From Candidatus Thalassarchaeaceae archaeon (GTDB taxonomy: Archaea; Thermoplasmatota; Poseidoniia; Poseidoniales; Thalassarchaeaceae), in the NCBI GenBank assembly GCA_029250605.1, contig JAQXEZ010000002.1, positions 22,775 to 86,774 of the forward strand: 64,000 nt of DNA, read 5' to 3'. Of this stretch, positions 54,741-63,097 are shown piece after piece (positions within the stretch are counted from its first letter, which is position 1; every line of letters begins with the position of its first letter). The notes under the pieces are model-generated. The model did no database searches, was not told the DNA's origin, and worked only from the letters and a program-made list of their open reading frames with translations. Made by a program: the position numbers and the translations under genes.

Positions 54741-55982
54741 TTGAAGCTGACCAGAGCAAAAAGCAAGCAGCCTGAAGTCAATATCGGCATGGTTGGTCAC
54801 GTCGACCACGGGAAGACCACTTTGACGCAGGCCCTATCTGGAACTTGGACGGATACCCATTCGGAAGAGCGTAAGAGGGGGATTAGCATCAAGTTGGGGT
54901 ATGCGGATACTTCGTTCCACGTCACTTCCGACGGTGAACACTACTCCAAGGGCAAACATCCAGAGGGAGAGAAGGGGAAAGGGGACCTGCTCAGGGTTGT
55001 GTCCTTCGTTGATGCGCCGGGGCACGAGACCCTGATGGCTGTGATGATATCGGGTGCATCAATAATGGATGGGGCATTGTTACTTGTTGCTGCGACAGAG
55101 AAGTGCCCCCAGCCTCAGACGAGGGAGCATCTAGCAGCCCTTGAGATAGCGGGGATAAAGAAAATCGTGGTAGTCCAGAACAAGATCGACATTGTCAGCA
55201 AAGAGAGGGCGATTGAGTCCTACAACGAGATTCAGGAGTTCATCAGTGGGACTATTGCAGAGGATGCGCCGATAATCCCAGTCTCGGCGCATCACGACGT
55301 GAATCTGGACATCCTGATCGAGACCATCGAGGAGACCATCCCCACCCCTGATAGATCCGAGGATGATGGGGGTTTGATGTACGTCGCGAGGTCTTTTGAC
55401 GTGAACCGCCCGGGTTCAAGGCCTTCTGAGATCAAAGGAGGCGTGATTGGAGGGAGCATAGTGGAGGGTTCCTTCAGCCTCGGCGATAGCATCCTAATTG
55501 CACCAGGGAGGAGGATCCAGGAAGGCAACAAGACCCGATGGGAGCCCCTCAGGACCACAATAAATGGCATCAAGGGAGGTGGAAAGGACCTGAAGACCGC
55601 CTTCTCAGGGGGACTCTGCGGGATTTCGACGCCCCTGGACCCTCTTGCTACGAAGGCTGACGACCTATCGGGGCAAGTAATGGCAAGAGAAGGGGAGTTG
55701 CCGCCGATATGGGATGAATTGGCCCTGGACCTGCAACTATTGGACAAGATGATCTCGGGAAGCGATGACGATGGTGGTATCAGGCCCCTGCAGCCAAACG
55801 AGATGCTGATGGTCAATTCCGCTACTGCGACCAGCGTGGGGACTGTCGCTAACATCAAGGGGAAGAAAGCCACGCTAAGCCTCAGGCTGCCCATTTGCGC
55901 CAAGAAGGGGAGCAGGATCACACTCTCTAGGAGAGTCGGTTCCAGATGGCGCCTGATTGGACATGGGGCAATCTCGGGCTGA
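54741..55982 (+). CDS. eif2g: Translation initiation factor aIF2 gamma
   Basis: QPEVNIGMVGHVDHGKT, RGISIKLGY, DAPGHE, QNKID, WRLIG. Confidence 0.97.
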   Translation: MKLTRAKSKQPEVNIGMVGHVDHGKTTLTQALSGTWTDTHSEERKRGISIKLGYADTSFHVTSDGEHYSKGKHPEGEKGKGDLLRVVSFVDAPGHETLMAVMISGASIMDGALLLVAATEKCPQPQTREHLAALEIAGIKKIVVVQNKIDIVSKERAIESYNEIQEFISGTIAEDAPIIPVSAHHDVNLDILIETIEETIPTPDRSEDDGGLMYVARSFDVNRPGSRPSEIKGGVIGGSIVEGSFSLGDSILIAPGRRIQEGNKTRWEPLRTTINGIKGGGKDLKTAFSGGLCGISTPLDPLATKADDLSGQVMAREGELPPIWDELALDLQLLDKMISGSDDDGGIRPLQPNEMLMVNSATATSVGTVANIKGKKATLSLRLPICAKKGSRITLSRRVGSRWRLIGHGAISG

Positions 55983-55986
55983 TCTC

Positions 55987-56349
55987 ATGGTTTCAGTTCT
56001 GGTTGATGCATGTGGATGGGTTTCCCTTATCGATGCAGGCCTGAACCTGGACATTTCCCTCAATGAGGTGGTAGGGAAGGCTGAGCTGAAGATCACTGCT
56101 GGGGTAAGGGATGAGCTTGACTCCCTCTCAAAGACTCGCGGTGGCCTCCTTCTGGACCTACTGTACAGCAGATCGGAATTGATCGATTCGGAGGGAGGTC
56201 ACACGGATGACTCCCTTTTGGCCCTAGCAACCCAGAACCAGTGGCCAGTTCTAACTGTGGACAGAGTGCTGAAGAAGAGGCTTGTAGAAGGGGGCTGTTC
56301 GTACATAGAAGTGACATCTGGGCCATCCCTGAGAATGGTTGAGGCCTAG
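55987..56349 (+). CDS. PIN-domain protein (Fcf1/AF0591-like)
   Basis: VLVD, DEL, TDD, TVD acidic residues; canonical position after aIF2g; start ATG 55987. Confidence 0.8.
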   Translation: MVSVLVDACGWVSLIDAGLNLDISLNEVVGKAELKITAGVRDELDSLSKTRGGLLLDLLYSRSELIDSEGGHTDDSLLALATQNQWPVLTVDRVLKKRLVEGGCSYIEVTSGPSLRMVEA

Positions 56350-56639
56350 GGAAGCGTGAACAGACGATTGTCCCCATGACCGTCCATCAGACCTATCCTT
56401 ACTGCAGCATCCAGCCATGCATGGGCGTAGTTGATTGCTCCGAAGGAGCTTACTAAGTCCCCCTGAGAGGCGAAATGCCGTGCATCGGCAGTATAATCAT
56501 CGCACATCCGAAGCATCTCGTTCAGCCTATCTTCATCCAGCTTGCTCGAGGTAGAAGGTGTCGCCTTTGACCTAGCCTCGGCAGTGAGAGCGAGGTATCT
56601 CTCGATTCTCTCGTGAGTGATTTTATCGGACATCATCAT
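56346..56639 (-). CDS. DUF357 domain protein
   Basis: Y..DARHF...GD.V..FGAINYAHAWLDA; ATGA overlap with the upstream gene. Confidence 0.9.
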   Translation of the reverse strand: MMMSDKITHERIERYLALTAEARSKATPSTSSKLDEDRLNEMLRMCDDYTADARHFASQGDLVSSFGAINYAHAWLDAAVRIGLMDGHGDNRLFTLP

Positions 56640-58456
56640 CCCCCACTTAGCAAGGATCCAGCACCTTCGCTTAGCTTGAACAGCCTACTTCTCCCTTCCT
56701 TCCGCACGGCCAGTATGCCTGATTTGTGGAGTGAGTTGTAAATCTGAGAAAGGCGAGGCCGTCCCACCTCGAGCCGTGCTTGGATCTCGGCATCGGAAGG
56801 GGATATCTCCCGCGATGAGGCCACGGAGACAACCAGTCTCTCGGCGTCGCTCATACTTCCAAGGTGATTCTGGTCGACGATATCCTTAGATTCCCATGAA
56901 GGCCCTCTGACGATAATTGGGGTTTCAGAGTTGATTATCTGGGTCTGTTCCTCGATAGTATCCATTATTTCGGGTTCTTCGAGGGGTTCGTCGGGCTCGA
57001 ATTCGGGTTCGGATTCGGGCTCGCTAGATAGCTCAGGCAGAGTCTCCTCCAAATCCGAGTCAACTGTCCATAATTCTCCCTCGGAGTGTAATACCTTCTT
57101 CTCCTCGAAAGAGGGTTTTTCCGTGCTTATTGACTTCCTATTTTCCTCGGGAATTGGTTGTTGTCTTTCTACGATGGGTGCTTCCTTCGGAGTGGTCTTG
57201 AGTTCACCAATATCCGGCTCCTGGATGGGGACTGTGAAATCGGGTCCCTTTGGCATGGAGTCATTCGTTATTTTCGACCTGTTTACTAGGCCCGAGAAAC
57301 CCCTATTGCGGCCATTGCTGGGTGGTTCTGTACCCTCGTCCATTGACAGAATTGTCCCTTCGTCGGCTGTCCATCCGGTGATTTTCTCTGGATTCTCCGA
57401 GGTGATTTCACTATCTGGTGAGATTTCGCTGTATTCTTCCTCATTGATTTCATCGAAAACAGATTCTTTCTCTGTGCCCTCATCATTTGGCCACATGTCA
57501 TCTGGTTCTACGTCCCAGTCCTCATCTTCTGCCTCGTTCTCAATGATATCTGGATCCTCTTCCTCAGGCCAATCTTCCACAATTTCTTCGAGGGCAGCAT
57601 CCTGGGGCTCATGGATTGGTGCCGTAACGGTTTCTAACTGGTGTTTTCCTAGGTTATAATCGGGCGTAGTATCCTTCTTTTCGGGGCTCCAACTAGTCAG
57701 AGATTCCAGAGTTCCTTTGGAGCCAAGGCCCCTTCCCTCATCTACAAGATCTCTGAGGATACTGATCACAGATCTTGGATTTCCACCTGTCCTGGACATA
57801 ATTGCCCCCAGTAAATCGCTATTGATGTGCCACCTCTCGAGGGACATCCTGCGAATCCTAAGGTCGCTGAGCGATTGGATTTGCTCGCGAGAAAGGGGCG
57901 CAACTGTGACTATCTCATCGAAAACCTCTCTGGTATTCTCGTCCAGAGATGCCATCTGGGAGTTAGAAACCGAAACTACTACGAGGGCTCTAAGTCGCTG
58001 CAGTATTGGCAATATTAGAGACAAGAATGAGGCTGAGTCGACGTGTGGGGGATAGTCCAGAGCGACGAGGGGCAGTGGTCCCGAGAGCGTGTCCATGGTC
58101 TCCACAATCCTCTCAATTTTCTGATGCATGCTCGGTGGTATTTCATGGCCGCAGAATGTTATGGCAAGCTCGTCCAGAGCGCAGTTAAGAGGGTCATCGC
58201 TATGCCAATATGTTCCAACGAAACGATCGTCAGTAAGCGATGAGATTGCGTTGATCAGAGATGTCCTACCCGAACCCCTCTCACCGGTAAGAAGTATCAT
58301 CCTAGGAGACTGGGAGTGCATATGTTCCTTCCACCTAATCATGGTGTCATCTCTTCCGACTATCTCACTGGCCCGGTTCCTCTCGATTGGTCTAGAGTCG
58401 AATGGGTTTCCTCGCAGAGTAGGGAGGTCTGAGGGAGAAAGGTCGCTCAACACCAT
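56636..58456 (-). CDS. AAA+-like (degenerate) domain, long acidic linker and C-terminal winged helix
   Basis: NPF...IVGR, GERGSGRTS Walker A variant, VALDYP Walker B variant, TGGNPR; about 270-aa E/D/P-rich linker; SDAEIQARLEVGRPRLSQIYNSLHKSGIL wHTH. Confidence 0.75.
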   Translation of the reverse strand: MVLSDLSPSDLPTLRGNPFDSRPIERNRASEIVGRDDTMIRWKEHMHSQSPRMILLTGERGSGRTSLINAISSLTDDRFVGTYWHSDDPLNCALDELAITFCGHEIPPSMHQKIERIVETMDTLSGPLPLVALDYPPHVDSASFLSLILPILQRLRALVVVSVSNSQMASLDENTREVFDEIVTVAPLSREQIQSLSDLRIRRMSLERWHINSDLLGAIMSRTGGNPRSVISILRDLVDEGRGLGSKGTLESLTSWSPEKKDTTPDYNLGKHQLETVTAPIHEPQDAALEEIVEDWPEEEDPDIIENEAEDEDWDVEPDDMWPNDEGTEKESVFDEINEEEYSEISPDSEITSENPEKITGWTADEGTILSMDEGTEPPSNGRNRGFSGLVNRSKITNDSMPKGPDFTVPIQEPDIGELKTTPKEAPIVERQQPIPEENRKSISTEKPSFEEKKVLHSEGELWTVDSDLEETLPELSSEPESEPEFEPDEPLEEPEIMDTIEEQTQIINSETPIIVRGPSWESKDIVDQNHLGSMSDAERLVVSVASSREISPSDAEIQARLEVGRPRLSQIYNSLHKSGILAVRKEGRSRLFKLSEGAGSLLSGG

Positions 58457-58488
58457 AGGCCCTCAGCACCCTATGGGATTCTTAATGT

Positions 58489-58662
58489 TCACGCATACTC
58501 ACGCATTGCAGAGTGCCAATTAACGGGTAATTCGCAAATGCGGGGAGTTGGGATTGTGAATAATTGGTTCAGTATCTATTTTTCCTCTTTACTGCATTAA
58601 CGCATTATTAACGGGTTAGTAAAGCGTTAACAAAGCGTTAACGGGCAAATTAACGCATTATT
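58489..58662. repeat. Intergenic array of short direct repeats (TTAACG-core boxes) around an AT-rich spacer
   Basis: TCACGCAT 58489/58499; TTAACGGG 58520/58608/58638; TTAACGCATTATT 58597/58650; AAAGCGTTAAC 58621/58632. Confidence 0.85.
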
Positions 58663-58678
58663 CGAGAGGTGTTTTGCT

Positions 58679-58694
58679 CGAAAAAGGTTAGAAG
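58679..58694 (+). promoter_or_regulatory. Possible BRE/TATA-like promoter of the HMG-CoA reductase gene
   Basis: CGAAAAAGGTTAGAAG about 30-45 nt upstream of ATG 58724; purine-rich BRE followed by a weak TATA. Confidence 0.3.
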
Positions 58695-58723
58695 CCCGTT
58701 GTCATGTCTTCGGTCTGAGTACA

Positions 58724-60022
58724 ATGCCAATAGAGAATAGTCGCATCGGAGGGTTCTACAAACTATCAGTTTCAGAGAGAAGGGAGCTTCTCGCTGAGAT
58801 TGCGGAATTGAGCGATGAACAGGTAGAGGCATGGGCCAACTCGGGAGAGTTGGATGAAGAGTCGGCGGACAGGATGATAGAGAATGTCGTGGGAACATAC
58901 TCACTCCCCATAGGGGTGGCGACCAACTTCGTGATTGATGGTTCCCACTATGCGATCCCATTCGTTCTCGAAGAGCCTAGCGTGGTTGCGGCGGCGAGCA
59001 ACATGGCGAAGAGGTGTCTAGCCAACGGTGGCTTCAGTTCGGACAATGACGACCCAGTCATGATCGGCCAGATCCAAGTCGTGGGTTGTGAAGACCCAGA
59101 TGGTGCAAGGGAGTCTATTCTGGCAGCCAAGGACGAGTTGGTTTCGAACTGCAACGAGGTAGACCCCATACTGGTGAAGTTCGGAGGCGGTTGCAGGGAC
59201 CTCTCTGCCAGAGTAATTGAGACTGGCTCGGGGAGGATGGTGATCGTGCACATCCACGTGGATTGCAGGGACGCGATGGGTGCCAATGCGGTGAACACGA
59301 TGGCTGAAACCATTGCTCCAAGGGTGGAGGAGATCTCTGGTGGGACGGTCATCCTGAGGATAATCAGCAACTTGGCCGTTCTACGACTCGCTAGGGTTAG
59401 TGCGGTTTTCACCCCAGAAGAGATGTCAGACAGGGGACAGGATGCAAAACAAGGCTCTGAGGTGATTGACGGGGTCATTCAGGCATACCACTTCGCTGAG
59501 GCGGACCCATTCAGGGCCACGACCCACAATAAGGGGATAATGAACGCGATATCCGCTGTAGCTCTTGCCTGTGGCCAGGACTGGAGGGCCATCGAGTCTG
59601 GGGCTCACAGTTATGCCTCTCACGAGAGGACGTACGGTTCGCTGACCAAGTGGTCAAAGGACGATGACGGCAATCTGGTGGGGTCCATCGAGCTTCCTAT
59701 GGCAGTGGGCCTGGTTGGCGGTGCAGTAAGGGTCCATCCCGCCGCACAGGCGAATGTGGCCCTTCTGGGCGTTGAGAGCGCGGACGAGCTGGCGAAGGTG
59801 ATGGCGGCATCGGGACTGGCTCAGAACCTCGGTGCACTGCGTGCCCTAGCCACTGTGGGGATCCAAGCAGGCCACATGAAGTTGCATGTCAGGAACATGG
59901 CAGTTACCGCTGGGGCCGAGGGGGGAGAGGTAGACAAGGTGGCATCCATGCTCAGGGAAAGGGGTGGCAGGATCACCCAAGCCTCGGTGATTGAGGCACT
60001 GGAAGAGATCCGTTCTGATTAG
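58724..60022 (+). CDS. mvaA: HMG-CoA reductase, class II (bacterial type)
   Basis: ENVVG, EEPSVVAAAS, DAMGAN, RIISN, THNKG, GIQAGHMKLH. Confidence 0.93.
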   Translation: MPIENSRIGGFYKLSVSERRELLAEIAELSDEQVEAWANSGELDEESADRMIENVVGTYSLPIGVATNFVIDGSHYAIPFVLEEPSVVAAASNMAKRCLANGGFSSDNDDPVMIGQIQVVGCEDPDGARESILAAKDELVSNCNEVDPILVKFGGGCRDLSARVIETGSGRMVIVHIHVDCRDAMGANAVNTMAETIAPRVEEISGGTVILRIISNLAVLRLARVSAVFTPEEMSDRGQDAKQGSEVIDGVIQAYHFAEADPFRATTHNKGIMNAISAVALACGQDWRAIESGAHSYASHERTYGSLTKWSKDDDGNLVGSIELPMAVGLVGGAVRVHPAAQANVALLGVESADELAKVMAASGLAQNLGALRALATVGIQAGHMKLHVRNMAVTAGAEGGEVDKVASMLRERGGRITQASVIEALEEIRSD

Positions 60023-60024
60023 TC

Positions 60025-61851
60025 TCAGGCCAATCCTCGGTTCCTAGCGTCTTCTGCGGCAGCGTCTTTCCTTCCTTGCTCTACATCCACCTTTCTCATC
60101 AACAAGGTACCTATCAGGATGAGTACTGAGATGCTGAGGATCCCGACTCTGCTATCGAATACCACCGTCATTAACCCATACAACAAGGGCCCTATTAGAG
60201 CGGCAACTTTGCCGAAGAAGCCGAAGAAGCCGAAGAACTCAGCACTTCTGGTTTCTGGGACCATCTGTCCGAAAAGGCTCCTAGCAAGGCCTTGGGATCC
60301 ACCCAATAGGGTACCCATAGCGCATCCCAAGAGTAAGAATTGGAACCCTACTGATAGGCCTAGGGGTTCCCAGACTTTGTCTCTGGCAGTCTGAGGAACC
60401 CAATCCAGTTTTCCGTCACCTAGGTTGGTTGGGTGGTCAACTCCTATGTTGGAGGCGGCATCCAATGAACCACCTGAAATGCTCACACTGAATCTGGAAT
60501 TGTCTAGAGTGGCGATGAATGACTCGATCTCCCCAGAATCAATGCCAGAGAGGGAAAGAATGTGGGTTTCTTCGGTCTTCTCGCCTTCTGCGTCTCTTTC
60601 CACAAACATCCATCTCTTTGTGTCACTCCTATCGTCAATCTCGATGGGCAGTACATGACTCCAAGTAGTGGCCCAACCCTGTTCATCAAACTCATCATCC
60701 TGGTATTTTAACTTCTGAGCCAGTTCGGGGATATTCTCATCCACCTGGACATTGTATGAACTAGATGCATCGTTCCAGTCATATCGAATCTGATACTCTT
60801 CATGGGACTCGAACTGAAGGGGTGCGAAGGAAAGGGCCGCAAAACATAGCACGACCCAACCTACCAGAGATGCGGTCAACGCTTGTTTTGTCCCGATTCT
60901 CTCAGATAGTTTGGTGAAACCGATTGCAGAAGGGGCTGCGACGAACTGGATTGCTAGAATTGTGACCATTAGGTCAAGCCCTGTAATTCCCAATACGGTC
61001 GTTCCGAAGATTCCACCTAATGCGGTTACGGTATTGATGCCATCAATGAAGAAGAAGTAAGCGAGCATGTAGATGAAGAGTGTCCTGAATTTGTCTACCT
61101 CCCCTATGGTCTTCTTGATCTCCCTTATTGCCAGGGAGGCGGACTCCTTTACCCCCAATGACTCCATTTCGTTCTCTATTGGGGGTTCAGGGACCCAATT
61201 GAATGTCAGTAGGGCAAAGCCGTACCACCAAATTCCGGAAGTAGCCATCGCCAGTTGGGTGGCCCATTCTGCGTAATCCGTGATCATGAGGATAACAATG
61301 TGGATGACTAGTAGCAATCCCCCGCCCAGATAGCCATATGCGAAGGCCAGATTGGATATGCGGTCCATTTCGTCATCTTTACCCATGTGAGGCAGGAGCG
61401 CGTTGTAGAACACCCCAGCTCCGTTCAATCCGATATTTGCCAGTATGAACATCACCATTAGCCAGACCCATTGGGTACTGACTGGCAGAAGAGGAGCAGC
61501 GAAAAGAAGGAATGTTGATCCTGCCCCTACGTATGTTAGAATCTTCAACCACCACATCTTGATTGCCCTGCGATCTGCGATTACGCCCAGAGAGGGGCTG
61601 ACGAGTGCGACGAGCAATGCGGCCCCAGAAACAGAGAATGACCAAATTGCATCACTAGACATTGATTTAGAAAGAACTGTTGTGGTCAGACCATTTGCTT
61701 CCAAGAAGAGAAGAGCAAACCAGAACGGAAGGATTGCTGTTGTTACGCTTGTTTCGAATGCTGATTTGCCCCAATCGTAAAATGCGTATCCTCTGACTGC
61801 TTTCGGGTCTGATGCTCGGTCTAATTCCACTGTCTCTGACATGTCTATCAT
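60025..61851 (-). CDS. MFS transporter (UMF1/Atg22-like) with large soluble insertion
   Basis: FYDWGKSAF, FYNALLP, GYLGG, DGINT, QGLARSLF, EFFGFF. Confidence 0.85.
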   Translation of the reverse strand: MIDMSETVELDRASDPKAVRGYAFYDWGKSAFETSVTTAILPFWFALLFLEANGLTTTVLSKSMSSDAIWSFSVSGAALLVALVSPSLGVIADRRAIKMWWLKILTYVGAGSTFLLFAAPLLPVSTQWVWLMVMFILANIGLNGAGVFYNALLPHMGKDDEMDRISNLAFAYGYLGGGLLLVIHIVILMITDYAEWATQLAMATSGIWWYGFALLTFNWVPEPPIENEMESLGVKESASLAIREIKKTIGEVDKFRTLFIYMLAYFFFIDGINTVTALGGIFGTTVLGITGLDLMVTILAIQFVAAPSAIGFTKLSERIGTKQALTASLVGWVVLCFAALSFAPLQFESHEEYQIRYDWNDASSSYNVQVDENIPELAQKLKYQDDEFDEQGWATTWSHVLPIEIDDRSDTKRWMFVERDAEGEKTEETHILSLSGIDSGEIESFIATLDNSRFSVSISGGSLDAASNIGVDHPTNLGDGKLDWVPQTARDKVWEPLGLSVGFQFLLLGCAMGTLLGGSQGLARSLFGQMVPETRSAEFFGFFGFFGKVAALIGPLLYGLMTVVFDSRVGILSISVLILIGTLLMRKVDVEQGRKDAAAEDARNRGLA

Positions 61852-61984
61852 GACGAGGGTCGAGTTACACAGTATCAGTGTTGTCCCGGATACTCGGTAA
61901 CTTATCCCACACTTGTTTGATGATGGATCATTCGAAGGAGTGACGCCCCTGCATTCTTGGACTGGTTCCCCCTCGGAAGGGGTG

Positions 61985-63097
61985 ATGGGTGACTGGAAGC
62001 AACCTGAAGAGAATTCTATCGAGGCACTCCATCATGGGATGCTATTTGGAGACGGGGTAGAGTTCGACCTCAGAGTCGATGGGGATGGGGAGTTGGTGAT
62101 TTTCCATGACGAGTTCGCCCCTGGAGAAGGGCCAATCGGGGAGAGGTGCGTGGAAAACCTCCCAACTGACTACCTCAGATCGGCAGGAATACCCACGCTC
62201 AGCGACCTATTGGCCGATCGGGATTTCACAGATTCATGGCAATCTGGCGGGAAGACGGTTGACATCGAGTTCAAGCTGCCGCACCCCTCAACAAAAATCG
62301 GCACAATGGGGTACTTGAGCTCGATAATGGGGAAATTGGAAGTGGCTCTGGAACCCTTGGAACTGCCAGATAGATCGGTGGTTGTTTCTTGCTTCTCACC
62401 GAAGATTGGAGAGGCTGCCAAGTCTTCTCGTTTCGGCATCCCCGTGATTCGATTGATGCCCCACATCAGGGCTTGGGGCAGGCACTGGAGGCTGAAGAGA
62501 GTAGTTGCAGGCCCCCATTTTGCCAGGACCACTGTGAGGGGCATCACACGGAGCCTCAGAAAAGAAGGGATGGAGTCAATCGGAATGGCATTGAATTACC
62601 TCGTAGGATGGCCGCGATTCATCCACCCGGGCCTTCCTGCTGGCCTCCGAGGAAGGGGGCTGAAGCGATTCTTCGAGGCTCGACAGGGCATGGGTGCGTT
62701 CGTTTGGTCGGCACCGTTGAAGCACGAGGATGCCCTGGTAAATGCGGGGATCTCCCTTGTTTCGGATAACATGGACCCAACGGTTCTGGTGAAACCAGAT
62801 GGCACCCCGAGATGGCCTAGACCAGGTAGCCAACCACTCGACGAAGAATGGAGCAAGAGGATCAGCGAGGCTGGCTCCCTAGAGAGGGGCGACATCATGA
62901 GCGAGGCGTTTTCCTCGCTCCCGATGTGGGAGGATATCGAGAGCGAGCGGAAGCGGAGGATCGTGGAAGAGCAGGCGACAAGGATGCTCTGGCCTGGCAG
63001 TACTGAGAAATGGGTTAAGCTAGCAGACGGTGGTTTGCCTTGGGGAAGTCCGAGGATAATAGGTCACAGAGGTGCGGGCAGCACACACGGAGTGTGA
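61985..63097 (+). CDS. Glycerophosphodiester phosphodiesterase-like protein, apparently circularly permuted
   Basis: ENS.EA, GVEFDLR..GDGELVIFHD, IPTL.DLL, IEFK near the N-terminus; IIGHRGAG at the extreme C-terminus. Start uncertain (61913-61985). Confidence 0.75.
   Translation: MGDWKQPEENSIEALHHGMLFGDGVEFDLRVDGDGELVIFHDEFAPGEGPIGERCVENLPTDYLRSAGIPTLSDLLADRDFTDSWQSGGKTVDIEFKLPHPSTKIGTMGYLSSIMGKLEVALEPLELPDRSVVVSCFSPKIGEAAKSSRFGIPVIRLMPHIRAWGRHWRLKRVVAGPHFARTTVRGITRSLRKEGMESIGMALNYLVGWPRFIHPGLPAGLRGRGLKRFFEARQGMGAFVWSAPLKHEDALVNAGISLVSDNMDPTVLVKPDGTPRWPRPGSQPLDEEWSKRISEAGSLERGDIMSEAFSSLPMWEDIESERKRRIVEEQATRMLWPGSTEKWVKLADGGLPWGSPRIIGHRGAGSTHGV

Noticed and set aside
56931-57659. 242-aa Ser-rich plus-strand ORF, and similar antisense ORFs (e.g. 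55292-55921, 11868-12398, 58948-59478)
   Set aside because: Shadow frames opposite well-supported genes; the composition mirrors antisense Glu/Asp codons
58489-58662. Repeat cluster as a CRISPR array
   Set aside because: Units are 6-13 bp without 30-40-bp spacers, and there are no cas genes
58724-60022. Bacterial-type HMG-CoA reductase (and gyrase) as novel gene transfer
   Set aside because: Already well known in Thermoplasmatota and related euryarchaea
60211-60237. (GCCGAAGAA)x3 tandem repeat
   Set aside because: Encodes the FFGFFGFFG stretch in a conserved MFS motif region; no separate function needed
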